A DNA stretch of 64,000 nucleotides from the NCBI GenBank assembly GCA_034432855.1, contig DAOUBA010000058.1, forward strand, positions 5,483-69,482. Direction: 5' to 3'. Made by a program: the position numbers and the translations under genes. Of this stretch, positions 47,787 to 56,989 are shown in pieces; positions within the stretch are counted from its first letter, which is position 1; each line of letters starts with the position of its first letter. The notes below the pieces were generated by a model. That model was not told where the DNA came from. It worked only from the letters and a program-made list of their open reading frames with translations, and made no database searches. Source of the DNA: Anaerolineae bacterium. Lineage in GTDB: Bacteria > Chloroflexota > Anaerolineae > B4-G1.

Positions 47787-47824
47787 ATTCGTTCATTCGT
47801 GCATTCGTGCGATTCGCGTGATTC
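47787..47824. repeat. Tandem 8-bp repeats (ATTCGTKC x about 4) in the 5' leader of the Ldh_2 gene
   Basis: attcgttc attcgtgc attcgtgc gattcgcgtg attc, read directly, 26 bp upstream of the Ldh_2 start codon. Confidence 0.5.
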
Positions 47825-48455
47825 AAAGATGTCGGGTGATGAATCCTCTCTCGTGCACCCTGTTCTTATCGGGCCACCTGTTTAGGGCGGCCCGGCGAGA
47901 TTCGATTCTTGAGGACCTGGTGTGATGTGGTAACCCAACTACGGGTGCCTATGGACAAGTTGATACATTTTACACCTGACCGTGTATCCTGGCAAGAACC
48001 GCGGCTTGGTGATATCGGCTTGCGCAAAACCGCTTGTAAGCCTGCTCTGGATTCTGGCCTGATCTAGAGTATTGCTCGCGAAAAACATCACAACCGCGAA
48101 GATTTTTGGAGCGTAGATTCGCGCAGATTTTCGCAGAATGAAGAAAAAAACCAGCGTTCATCTGCGTTTATCTGCGTCCGCGCTTTTTAGGTTGCGGACG
48201 GAGGCCGCGTTATGCAATAGCCTTGTCTCTTCCCACGGATCTGGTCTTGAGCGTAGCGCAAAACTAACCCTGTGGGCGTGGCGCTAATGCTCCGCTCACA
48301 TTGCCTGCGTCGGGTCTGCAAGTGGTGGCAGGCTTTCAGCCTGCCTGCACGGGCTGGAAAGCCCGTGCCACTCCCGCTGTCACGAGACTTTGCCGTGCCG
48401 GCCGGACCTGCCGGGTTGTGACCCGGCAAGCACAGCCGGCGCGCGATGCAGTGGT

Positions 48456-48483
48456 TTGACTAGCGTGAGAGGCGGGGTATAAT
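48456..48483 (+). promoter_or_regulatory. Near-consensus sigma70-like promoter TTGACT(48456-48461)-16-TATAAT(48478-48483) driving the DNA methyltransferase gene
   Basis: ggtttgactagcgtgagaggcggggtataatcgagg, read directly, 9 bp upstream of the ORF start. Confidence 0.55.
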
Positions 48484-48491
48484 CGAGGACG

Positions 48492-49565
48492 ATGCAGAGG
48501 GTCGTTACCTACCAACAACCGCTCTTCCCTTGCCTGGTCGCCGGCTTTCCCTCCACGCGCTACCAGGGCAGCAAGGCGAAATTGGTAGACTGGATATGGG
48601 AGCAAATTGCTGTCCTGGATTTCGACACCTGCCTGGATGCTTTCGGCGGCACCGGTGCCGTCGCCTACCGCCTGAAACAAGAGGGCAGGGCAGTGACGTA
48701 TAACGACCTGCTCCGGTTCAACTACACCTTCGGCTTGGCGCTCATTGAAAACGCGAGAGTGCGGCTCGACTCCAGCGACCTGGATTGGCTCCTTCAGTGG
48801 CATCCTGACGTCACCTACCCCCGCTTTGTGCAGGATACTTTCCCCAACATCTATTTCACCGATGAGGAAAACGCCTGGATTGACCGGACCATCACCAACA
48901 TTCGCCGACTCGCCGATCCATACAAGTTTGCCCTGGCTTTCTTTGCATTGTGTCAGGCGTGTCTCGTGAAACGGCCCTTCAACTTGTTCCATCGCAAGAA
49001 TCTCTACCTTCGCTTTGCTGACGTGGAGCGCTCTTTTGGGAACAAGGCCTCTTGGGACAGGCCATTCGAGGAATGGTTCTGTACCTTTGTCGAGGAGGCG
49101 AACAAGGCTGTTTTCGATAACGGTCGGACGAATCGCGCGCTGAACTATGACGCAGTGGGCGTGCCAGGGGAATATGACCTGGTGTATGTAGACCCGCCTT
49201 ACATCTCGGCGCGTGGCGTTGCAGTGGACTATCGAGACTTTTACCATTTCCTGGAAGGGCTGACGATGTACGATGATTGGGAGCGATATATTGACCGTCA
49301 CTCCAAACATCGCCGCCTGAAACCGCAGCCGAACGGGCGGACGGATAGGCGATGTATCTATGAAGCATTCGACCGGCTGTTTCGGCGCTTCCGCAAGAGT
49401 ATTCTGGTCGTCTCCTACCGTAGCGATGGCATTCCGTCCGAACCAGAACTGGTTTCTCTTCTCAGACAGTACAAACGCAACGTGCGTGTCGAGCACTATG
49501 GTCAGTACAAGTACGTATTGTCCACTAACTCGGAGTCAAAAGAAATCCTCTTGATCGGAGTGTAA
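48492..49565 (+). CDS. DNA adenine methyltransferase, D12 class (Dam family), orphan (no restriction partner in window)
   Basis: Family motifs ..TRYQGSKAKLVDWI.., ..LDAFGGTGAVA.. (FxGxG AdoMet motif), ..DLVYVDPPY.. (DPPY catalytic motif); coding GC lower than the neighbours. Confidence 0.8.
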   Translation: MQRVVTYQQPLFPCLVAGFPSTRYQGSKAKLVDWIWEQIAVLDFDTCLDAFGGTGAVAYRLKQEGRAVTYNDLLRFNYTFGLALIENARVRLDSSDLDWLLQWHPDVTYPRFVQDTFPNIYFTDEENAWIDRTITNIRRLADPYKFALAFFALCQACLVKRPFNLFHRKNLYLRFADVERSFGNKASWDRPFEEWFCTFVEEANKAVFDNGRTNRALNYDAVGVPGEYDLVYVDPPYISARGVAVDYRDFYHFLEGLTMYDDWERYIDRHSKHRRLKPQPNGRTDRRCIYEAFDRLFRRFRKSILVVSYRSDGIPSEPELVSLLRQYKRNVRVEHYGQYKYVLSTNSESKEILLIGV

Positions 49566-49624
49566 GGCATGGGTGTAGACGATTTCCGGAAAAAGTGAGA
49601 GCCCGCCTCCTGGAAGGAGTACCA

Positions 49625-50353
49625 ATGGACTATACCTACGAACAAATTGCCAAGATGATTGACCATTCGCTGCTGAACCCCACTCTGACGGCGGACGATC
49701 TGGAACGGGGCTGCCAGATTGCGCGGCAATACGACGTGGCGAGCGTGTGCATTATGCCCTATTACCTGAGACGCTGCGCCGAGATCCTGGCCGGGAGTTC
49801 GGTCAAGCCGACTACGACGATTGGCTTCCCGCATGGCGGGCACACCACCGCCGTCAAGATTGCCGAGGCAAAGCAGGCGCTGGCCGACGGCGGCCAGGAA
49901 CTGGACATGGTGGTCAACATCAGCAAGGTGCTCAGCGGCGACTGGGCCTATGTGCGCGCCGACATCCAGGCCGTCGTGGATACTGCTCACGCGGAAGGAA
50001 AGAAGGTCAAGGTCATCTTTGAGAACTGCTACCTGCAGGACGAGCACAAGATCAGGCTGTGCGAGATCTGCGGCGAAGTGGGCGCCGATTGGGTCAAGAC
50101 CTCGACCGGATACGGGACGGGTGGCGCGACCGACGGGGACGTCCAATTGATGCGCCGGTACAGCCCGCCGCACGTGCAGGTCAAGGCCGCGGGTGGCATC
50201 CGCACGCTGGACCGATTGCTGGAAATGCGGGCGTTGGGGGTTACCCGTGTGGGGGCTTCTGCAACGGCGGCGATTCTCGACGAATGTCGCAGACGGCTGG
50301 GACTTCCGGCCATTGCAGGCATCGGTGGAGAGCATAACGCACAGGGATATTGA
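49625..50353 (+). CDS. deoC: Deoxyribose-phosphate aldolase
   Basis: ..IDHSLLNPTLT.., ..ASVCIMPYY.., ..LDMVVNIS.., Schiff-base region ..ADWVKTSTGY.. match DeoC. Confidence 0.85.
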   Translation: MDYTYEQIAKMIDHSLLNPTLTADDLERGCQIARQYDVASVCIMPYYLRRCAEILAGSSVKPTTTIGFPHGGHTTAVKIAEAKQALADGGQELDMVVNISKVLSGDWAYVRADIQAVVDTAHAEGKKVKVIFENCYLQDEHKIRLCEICGEVGADWVKTSTGYGTGGATDGDVQLMRRYSPPHVQVKAAGGIRTLDRLLEMRALGVTRVGASATAAILDECRRRLGLPAIAGIGGEHNAQGY

Positions 50354-50368
50354 AGCCAAGGAGGAGCG

Positions 50369-51247
50369 ATGGAACCGATCTGGGAATGGGGGTTGGAGGT
50401 CATTCGTACCATCCAGCAGGTACACGGACCGGCGCTGGATGCGTTCTTCAAGGCCATCACCTTTATGGGCGAGGCTGAATTCTTTCTTCTGCTGTTACCG
50501 GCGGTCTTTTGGAGCGTGGACCTGGCGGTGGGTGTGCGGATGATTTTCGCCTTCCTGCTCTCCACCTACGTGAACAGCGGGCTCAAGTACCTGTTTGCCC
50601 ACCCGCGCCCGCCCGATCTTGATCCCGCCGTGCGGCTTGCCAGCGCAGAGGGCTATGGATTGCCCAGCGGTCACGCCCAATCGGCGGTGATCGTGTGGGG
50701 CTATCTTGCCTCCGCTTTCCGCAAGACCTGGCTGTGGATCGTCGCGCTCCTGCTGATCCTGCTGATCGGCTTTTCCCGTATCTACCTGGGGGTGCATTTT
50801 CCTACCGACGTACTGGGCGGCTGGATCGTCGGCGTCATCTTCCTGCTGGCGTATCTGGCGCTCGAGTTCCGGGTGGAGACCTGGCTGAAGCGCCTCAGCC
50901 TGGCTGCACAACTGGCGCTGGCCGTATTCGTGCCGCTGGTCTTGTTGCTGCTCTTCCATTCCGGGGATGCGCCCAAGGTGATGGGCGCCATGCTGGGGGG
51001 CGGCGTGGGGTTGGTGTGGCTTGTGCGCACGGTGCCCTTCCGCACTGCCGGCCCGCTGTGGCAGCGCGTTGTGCGCTTCCTGGTCGGTGTCGTCGTCCTG
51101 TTCGTCATCTATTTCGGCCTGAAGGCAATCTTTCCTGCCGAGGGGGAACCGCTCTACCTGTCCTTTAGCATTGTGCGTTATGCGCTTTTGGGGCTGTGGA
51201 TGAGCCTGGGCGCGCCGTGGCTGTTCCTGCGGCTGCGGCTGGCGTAG
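50369..51247 (+). CDS. PAP2 superfamily membrane phosphatase
   Basis: Acid-phosphatase motifs KYLFAHPRPP ; LPSGHAQSA ; ..GVHFPTDVLGG..; 6-7 TM; RBS aaggagg. Confidence 0.8.
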   Translation: MEPIWEWGLEVIRTIQQVHGPALDAFFKAITFMGEAEFFLLLLPAVFWSVDLAVGVRMIFAFLLSTYVNSGLKYLFAHPRPPDLDPAVRLASAEGYGLPSGHAQSAVIVWGYLASAFRKTWLWIVALLLILLIGFSRIYLGVHFPTDVLGGWIVGVIFLLAYLALEFRVETWLKRLSLAAQLALAVFVPLVLLLLFHSGDAPKVMGAMLGGGVGLVWLVRTVPFRTAGPLWQRVVRFLVGVVVLFVIYFGLKAIFPAEGEPLYLSFSIVRYALLGLWMSLGAPWLFLRLRLA

Positions 51248-51381
51248 CGCGCTGCGTAGACGGATTGCCAGGATCGGCTTCAAAGACGCCTCCTGCTCGC
51301 ATTTTGTACCGGAAACCAGCGGCGATGATGGTGCCCGCCAGACATCGCAGTACACACCAGGCAACCGGGATTTCTGCGTCT

Positions 51382-53145
51382 CTATACCGTGTCGTCAGCC
51401 TGACGCTTGAATGCCGTACCGATGAAGACGGCCAGGATCAGAAGGATCGCCAACCCCAGCAGGATCGGCCAGGCGGGCTCGGCGGACGTCGTGGGAGCAG
51501 GTGACATCGGTGTGGGCGGGGCGGTGGGTGGGGCCAGCGTGGCGGTGGGGGATGGTGTATCGGTAGGCAGCGGGGTGGGAGACGGTGTCTCGGTTGGGAG
51601 TGGGGTGGAGGTCGGCGTTTCGGTGGGGGTCGCCGTCGCTGTCGGTGTGGGCACGGGAGTGGGAGATGGCGTCACAGTCTCCCCGGCCACGGCGGGCGTC
51701 CCGGTAAGCACAGGCGTGGCCGTCGGGGTTGGAAGTGGTGTGCCGCCAACCTCTTCGACGAGCAGGTACGTCTTGCCGCCGATGATGCAGGGAGGGTGTG
51801 GGATATCCGCATTGGGGGATACCGGCGGGCAGCGGGCCCCGGAAAGGTTCAGCATATATTTCCCGCTCACCGGCGCGATGATCTGCTCCACCCCGGCCTG
51901 ATCAACCAGCCGGGCGTGGGCTGCGATGGCAGGTAATGAGACTGTGACGTCCCTCTGCTTGCGCGCCCACACGACGCGCGTCGTGCGATCGCCCCGATTG
52001 AGCGTGACCACGCTGTAGAGCGCATGGCGCTCCTCACGGGCCGAGATGGTGCCGGCGTAGTGGGTTGTGATCAGCCGGTAGGCGTCGAATGCCGGGCGGC
52101 GGCTATGGTCTAGGCGGATGATGCCGAACGGCTCCTCTCCCACCCGTGGTGCGTTGTCCACCCACCTGTAGACCGCGATGCGCTCCACCCCCTGGCTGAG
52201 CGCCAGCGCGAATGCCTGGAGCAGAAAACCGGCCTGTTCTTCCAGCGTGATGTCGAAATTCGCCCCCGGCAGGCTCCAGTAGGGCGGGTCGGCGTTGGAT
52301 GGCGCGTTGGTCTCGTTGATCCAGATGGGTTTGGTCAGCCCGTGGGCGGAGAGCGTCGCGCGGGTCTCGCCGACAATCGCAGGGATCGTTTCGGTCTGGA
52401 AGTAAATGTGCAGCGTGACGACGTCGAAATAGTAGCCGTGTTCCGGTCCGCTGGGGTCCTGTTTGGCGACCGCCAGAAAGCGAGCCAGGTAGGTCTTGTC
52501 GTGATGGAAGGTCAGGCCGGCCAGGTGGATGACGACGTTGGGGTTGGCCTGGTGGGCAGCAAGGTAGGCGACCTTGAGCAGTTGGTAGTATTCCTCTACC
52601 GAGCCGCACCACTCGGCGCCAAACGTGGCGGGCGGAATATTCGGCTCGTTCCAGATGATCCAGCGATTGATGCGCCCGGCGTACCTGCCGACGACGCGAC
52701 GCACGACCGCTGCCCACGCGTTGCCGGGATCGTCTAGCGGCAAATCCAGGCCGCGAGGGACGCCGCAATCAGGCAACCCATCGGTGGCCCAGGCCGGGGT
52801 GTTGATCAGGAGACCGACCACCTCGCGTCCGGCGGCCTCGTCCCGCGCCAGCCATACGTCTCGCTCCTGCAGGTGCGTTTCGTTCCAGTCCTGGGCGCTA
52901 TGAGGTTGCAGTTGCGACCAGTCGAACAGGATGCGTTCCCAGCCCACGCCGGCTTCGGTTGCAGCAGCCACATCCCAGAATGCCTCGACCGCGCCGAAGC
53001 GCCGGTCAGGAGGCGGGGTCTGGGCGAGAGCCGGCACGGTCAATAATGAGCACAGGACAGATGAGCAAATGACAAATGAGCGAAAGGCGAAAGGCGAAAG
53101 GCGATAGGCGATATGTGATTGGGGCTTGGTGTGAGGTTCGATCAA
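51382..53145 (-). CDS. Cell-anchored glycoside hydrolase (GH5-like TIM barrel, WNEPN motif) with Pro/Thr-rich linker and C-terminal TM anchor
   Basis: Signal peptide; ..RWIIWNEPNIP.. (NEP catalytic acid/base context) and ..IWINETNAPS..; linker PTPTATPVLTGTP...TPSPTPLPTDTPSPT; C-terminal WPILLGLAILLILAVFIGTAFKRQ. Confidence 0.6.
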   Translation of the reverse strand: MIEPHTKPQSHIAYRLSPFAFRSFVICSSVLCSLLTVPALAQTPPPDRRFGAVEAFWDVAAATEAGVGWERILFDWSQLQPHSAQDWNETHLQERDVWLARDEAAGREVVGLLINTPAWATDGLPDCGVPRGLDLPLDDPGNAWAAVVRRVVGRYAGRINRWIIWNEPNIPPATFGAEWCGSVEEYYQLLKVAYLAAHQANPNVVIHLAGLTFHHDKTYLARFLAVAKQDPSGPEHGYYFDVVTLHIYFQTETIPAIVGETRATLSAHGLTKPIWINETNAPSNADPPYWSLPGANFDITLEEQAGFLLQAFALALSQGVERIAVYRWVDNAPRVGEEPFGIIRLDHSRRPAFDAYRLITTHYAGTISAREERHALYSVVTLNRGDRTTRVVWARKQRDVTVSLPAIAAHARLVDQAGVEQIIAPVSGKYMLNLSGARCPPVSPNADIPHPPCIIGGKTYLLVEEVGGTPLPTPTATPVLTGTPAVAGETVTPSPTPVPTPTATATPTETPTSTPLPTETPSPTPLPTDTPSPTATLAPPTAPPTPMSPAPTTSAEPAWPILLGLAILLILAVFIGTAFKRQADDTV

Positions 53146-53148
53146 CGG

Positions 53149-53544
53149 CTACTCCGGTAAGCCCAATTTGTCGCGCACGAAGTGGCGTACAGTTTTCATT
53201 GCTTTTACCGCCTCGCGGGCTTCTTCATCGGTTGCCCCTTCGCCAGGGTAGCGAAACTCGACAGCATAGGGATTCAAAAGCAGCAGCAGGTCGGTGATCA
53301 GATCGAAGGCAGGGTCAACCGCCAGCGCCAGGCGGCGTAGTTCGCGCAAGTCGTGAGTTTTGGGGAATGTTGCTCCTCGCTGTACGAGGAAAGCCTTGAG
53401 ATATTTCTCGGCACATTGCTGGCAGTGGAAACAAACGGTATTCGGTGTTGGCCGTTTCCGTTTGCGGATCAATGTGACGGCGGTGTCATAGTCCTCTTCC
53501 GCTTTACGCACCCACTCTGCCAGGTGTTCATCGGTCCCGTTCAT
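53149..53544 (-). CDS. HEPN domain protein (toxin-like partner of the nucleotidyltransferase)
   Basis: ..DYDTAVTLIRKRKRPTPNTVCFHCQQCAEKYLKAFLVQRGATFPKTHDLREL.. is a HEPN fold with an R-x(4-6)-H-like motif; start placed at MNGTDEH, overlapping the nucleotidyltransferase stop by 17 nt. Confidence 0.65.
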   Translation of the reverse strand: MNGTDEHLAEWVRKAEEDYDTAVTLIRKRKRPTPNTVCFHCQQCAEKYLKAFLVQRGATFPKTHDLRELRRLALAVDPAFDLITDLLLLLNPYAVEFRYPGEGATDEEAREAVKAMKTVRHFVRDKLGLPE

Positions 53545-53848
53545 AGAGTACCTGTCCCCGTTGAATGATTTCTTGAATAAAGCAGTCGCCAATGCGCAAG
53601 CGGTGCTGGATTTCTTCTGGCGTGCGTACCAGGATGTCCATAGGGAAGGGGATATCCAGCAGGGCGCGAGCGATGCGAGCGCTGCGCCGGGCAGGCCGAT
53701 CGCTATCTTCCATTACGACCAGCAGGTCTATGTCGCTGTCTGGCGTGGGCTGGCCCCAGGCGTAGGAGCCGAACAGGATGACTTGTTCTGGTTTGAACGT
53801 TTGCGCGATGCGTTGCGCCACTTCCGCGATCTGTTGCTCTGTGATCAT
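53528..53848 (-). CDS. Minimal nucleotidyltransferase (MNT, Pol-beta-like), antitoxin-like partner of HEPN
   Basis: MITEQQIAEVAQRIAQTFKPEQVILFGSYAWGQPTPDSDIDLLVVM.. (GS..x..DxD NTase motif); RBS ggagggagg; the ATG overlaps the recJ stop (ATGA). Confidence 0.75.
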   Translation of the reverse strand: MITEQQIAEVAQRIAQTFKPEQVILFGSYAWGQPTPDSDIDLLVVMEDSDRPARRSARIARALLDIPFPMDILVRTPEEIQHRLRIGDCFIQEIIQRGQVLYERDR

Positions 53849-55608
53849 TTTGCGCCTTCCTCCCTCCGGTTGAGCCAGAGGCGAGCAACGGCGTCGTCCA
53901 GTACAGCAGGTCGCAGGTCCTGTACGTTCAGTTGCAGCCGCTGCTGACCGTTCCACTCGTTGGCTTCGAGGTGGTAGACGATGTCCACCCGGTCGGGCAG
54001 TTTGCCGGCCCATTCTCCCTGCCGGAAAGCGATGCCGTCCCAGACCACCCGGCCGTCGGAGAACGTGAGCCGAAGATGCCTGCCGTCACCACCGATAGCC
54101 CGCTGGCCCAGCAGGCGGACGCTCCGGCTGAGGAAGAGGGGCTGGGGATTGGCGTAGCCACAGGGCTCCAGCCTGACCAACTCGCGGTACAATTCCCCCG
54201 ACATCTGTGCGAGTTCTACCTCGGCATCTACCGCCAAGACGGGGGTCAATTCCAGACCGGCCAGTTGCTCGGCGGCCAGTCTATGCAATCGCTCCGCCAA
54301 TTCATCGAGGTGTTCGTTCGAGACGGTAAAACCGGCGGCGGCAGCGTGCCCGCCGTGGCGTACCAGCAGGTCGGCGCATGCGTCGAGCGCGGCGGTGATG
54401 TGGAATTCGGGGATAGAGCGGGCGGAGCCTTTGCTGTACTTTTTGTCCACTTCGACGATGACCGCCGGGCGGTAGAACTCGTCCACCAGTCGGCTGGCGA
54501 CCAGCCCGACGATGCCGGCCAGGAAATCGGGCGCGGCGGCGAAGAGCAGCGGCGTGTCCTCACCTGCCTTTAATACCATTTCACGGGCGCGCTCGTGCGT
54601 TTCGAGCGTGAGTTGCTGGCGCTCGCGATTCAGCCGATCCAGTTGCCCGGCCAACTGCTCTGCCTCGGCAGGGTACTCGGTCTCCAGCAGCCGGTAGGCC
54701 TCCTGCGCGTGGGTCAGTCGCCCGGCGGCATTGAGCCGCGGCCCCAACGCAAAGCCGATAGCGGTGGCGTCCACCTGCCCGGCCTTGAGCCCGGCCTGCC
54801 GGCAGAGCGCCTCGACGCCTGGGCGCTCCATCCGATTGATGGATGCCAGCCCGCGCCGTACCAGGGCGCGGTTCTCGCCTAACAGGGGGGCCAGATCGGC
54901 CACCGTGCCCAGCGCGACCAGGTCGAGCAGGTCGTCTTCCTGTAATCGCACCCCATGGCTGGTCACCGGTGTCTGAGAGTGGCTGCGTAGCAGGGCCTGG
55001 GCCAGTTTATAGGCCACGCCTACGCCGGCCAGTTCGCACGGGTATGGGCAGTCGGTGCGCTTGGGATCAATTACGGCTACGGCGTCGGGGAGTCGCGGGC
55101 CAACGGAGTGATGGTCGGTGACGATGACCTCGAGGCCCAGCCGTCTGGCGTAGGCGACCTCGTCCACCGAGCGGACGCCGCAATCCACGGTGACGACGAC
55201 ACGCACCCCCTCGCGCGCCAGTTGCGCCAGCGCCGGCTTGTGCAGGCCATAGCCTTCGTCCACGCGATGGGGGATGTAGTGGCATACGTTGCCACCGAGC
55301 GCCCGTAAAATCTGTACCAGGAGCACTGTAGCGGTGACCCCATCAGCGTCGAAATCCCCGTACACGGCGATCTGCTCGCCCTGGCGCAGGGCGCGGCGCA
55401 GACGGGTGACGGCGGCGGGTACTCCCTCGACGGCAAAAGGATTGGCCTCGCCGCCTTCGCCGCTGAGGAAAGCCGCCACGTCGGCCGGGTCGGTGACGCC
55501 ACGGTTGTAAAGCACCTGCACGATGAGCGGGTGCAGGTGGGGAAAACGAGCGATGTGGCTGGGCGGGGCAGGTGGTGCGATCTGCCAGCGTTTGGGGCGT
55601 AGAGCCAT
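53845..55608 (-). CDS. recJ: Single-stranded-DNA-specific exonuclease RecJ
   Basis: DHH motifs ..IAVYGDFDADGVTA.., ..VVTVDCG.., ..VIVTDHH..; DHHA1 region ..GGHAAAAGF..; OB-fold C-terminal region. Confidence 0.9.
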   Translation of the reverse strand: MALRPKRWQIAPPAPPSHIARFPHLHPLIVQVLYNRGVTDPADVAAFLSGEGGEANPFAVEGVPAAVTRLRRALRQGEQIAVYGDFDADGVTATVLLVQILRALGGNVCHYIPHRVDEGYGLHKPALAQLAREGVRVVVTVDCGVRSVDEVAYARRLGLEVIVTDHHSVGPRLPDAVAVIDPKRTDCPYPCELAGVGVAYKLAQALLRSHSQTPVTSHGVRLQEDDLLDLVALGTVADLAPLLGENRALVRRGLASINRMERPGVEALCRQAGLKAGQVDATAIGFALGPRLNAAGRLTHAQEAYRLLETEYPAEAEQLAGQLDRLNRERQQLTLETHERAREMVLKAGEDTPLLFAAAPDFLAGIVGLVASRLVDEFYRPAVIVEVDKKYSKGSARSIPEFHITAALDACADLLVRHGGHAAAAGFTVSNEHLDELAERLHRLAAEQLAGLELTPVLAVDAEVELAQMSGELYRELVRLEPCGYANPQPLFLSRSVRLLGQRAIGGDGRHLRLTFSDGRVVWDGIAFRQGEWAGKLPDRVDIVYHLEANEWNGQQRLQLNVQDLRPAVLDDAVARLWLNRREEGAK

Positions 55609-55720
55609 CTGGACTGACCTTCGTGCGTTTTTATGACGCTAATCTTACCACAACGCGCACAAAAGGAAAAGCCCTTCTCCGCTACGGAAGAGGGCTTTCC
55701 TGTCGGTGCAGGGCGCGAGT

Positions 55721-56050
55721 TTAGCCCTTGGTGGCCCAACCCTGCTTCTGGACCAGGTCGGTGATCACCGGCACGTTCACCCACTCGCCTTTGTAGGCTT
55801 TGATTCCCAGGACAACGGCGTAGATCCACGCGATCAGGCCGATGCATGCCCAGCCCAGGAGAACGACGATAACGCCCAGCCAGATGGATACCCAGGCATT
55901 GTACTTGATGAATGGGCGCTTCTTCTTGTCCTCGATCAGCAGCATGATGATGCCGATCACAGGGCAGAAGATGTAACTCAAGAGTGCCCATAACTTGTCG
56001 TCCTGAGTGATCTCGCCGCCGCCCATTGGTGCTCCAACCATTTCTGCCAT
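55721..56050 (-). CDS. DUF4870-type small membrane protein
   Basis: ..DDKLWALLSYIFCPVIGIIMLLIEDKKKRPFIKYNAWVSIWLGVIVVLLG.. pattern; RBS gaaaggtgg; a hairpin with flanking A/T tracts downstream. Confidence 0.5.
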   Translation of the reverse strand: MAEMVGAPMGGGEITQDDKLWALLSYIFCPVIGIIMLLIEDKKKRPFIKYNAWVSIWLGVIVVLLGWACIGLIAWIYAVVLGIKAYKGEWVNVPVITDLVQKQGWATKG

Positions 56051-56158
56051 GCGTTTCACCACCTTTCCGCCCGGCACGCGTGGGATTTGGTGAAGCACCC
56101 ACGTGTCGTGCTCCACCGCCGGAACTGGGTGTTATTTTAGCAAATCCCGATGTAGATG

Positions 56159-56989
56159 TCAAATCCGTCGTGTTTCCAGCAACCCATCCCCTACCAGGTT
56201 CGCTGCCAGCACGGTCAGCGTCAGCGCCAGGCCGGGGAAGAGGCTGACCCAGGGCGCGTCGCGCAGGTAGCCGCGGCCTTCGGCCAACATGGCGCCCCAC
56301 TCCGGGATACCAGGGGGCACACCCAATCCCAGAAAGTGGAGGGCGGCGCCGTTCAGCAGCACCCAGCCTAACTGCGCAGCGGCGAACGCCACCAGAGGTG
56401 CTGTTGCGTTAGGCAGGATGTGATATCTCAAAATGTACCACTCGCTGCACCCTACCGCTCGCGCAGCCTCGACATAGGGCTGCATGCGCACCTCCAGTGT
56501 GGCGCTGCGGGCCACACGCGCGTATGCGGGCGCTGCCGCCAGCCCCACCGCCACGGCCACCGCGCCCGCGCCCGGCCCCAGCACGGCTACTGTCGCCATC
56601 GCCAGCAACAGGCCGGGGAAGGCCAGACACGCATCGGTCAGACGCATCAGCAGGGCCTCGATCCAGCCGCCGAAAAAGCCGGCCAGCAGCCCGACCGGCA
56701 AACCCAGCCCCACGGCGAGCGCCAGCGCGGTCAGGCCCATCCCCAGCGTCCAACGTCCACCCCACAGCAGCCGCGCCAGCACGTCCCGGCCCAGGGGATC
56801 CGTCCCCAGTGGCCTGCCGGGGGCCGGTGGCAGGAGCGCACGGGCCGGGTCAGCAGCCCAAGGCCCTGCGGGAGCCAACAGCGGCGCAGTGAACGCCCCG
56901 AGGGCGATCAGCACCAGCCAGGCCAGCGCGGCCAATGTGACGGCCTGACGCCGTAGAGGACGGCGGGGTGGGGCGGCCCAGCGGATCAC
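56159..56989 (-). CDS. ABC transporter permease, DppC/OppC-like (BPD_transp_1)
   Basis: EAA-like loop ..YVEAARAVGCSEWYILRYHILPNA..; start at GTG 56989 overlapping the upstream permease stop (GTGA); RBS gaggagg. Confidence 0.8.
   Translation of the reverse strand: MIRWAAPPRRPLRRQAVTLAALAWLVLIALGAFTAPLLAPAGPWAADPARALLPPAPGRPLGTDPLGRDVLARLLWGGRWTLGMGLTALALAVGLGLPVGLLAGFFGGWIEALLMRLTDACLAFPGLLLAMATVAVLGPGAGAVAVAVGLAAAPAYARVARSATLEVRMQPYVEAARAVGCSEWYILRYHILPNATAPLVAFAAAQLGWVLLNGAALHFLGLGVPPGIPEWGAMLAEGRGYLRDAPWVSLFPGLALTLTVLAANLVGDGLLETRRI

Noticed and set aside
47762-48491. Possible tRNA or integrase-associated att site in the long non-coding region upstream of the methyltransferase
   Set aside because: No cloverleaf with a T-loop-like GTTCRANYC or acceptor/anticodon arrangement could be assembled by eye, and no integrase or transposase ORF is adjacent; it is left as an unexplained structured region rather than called.
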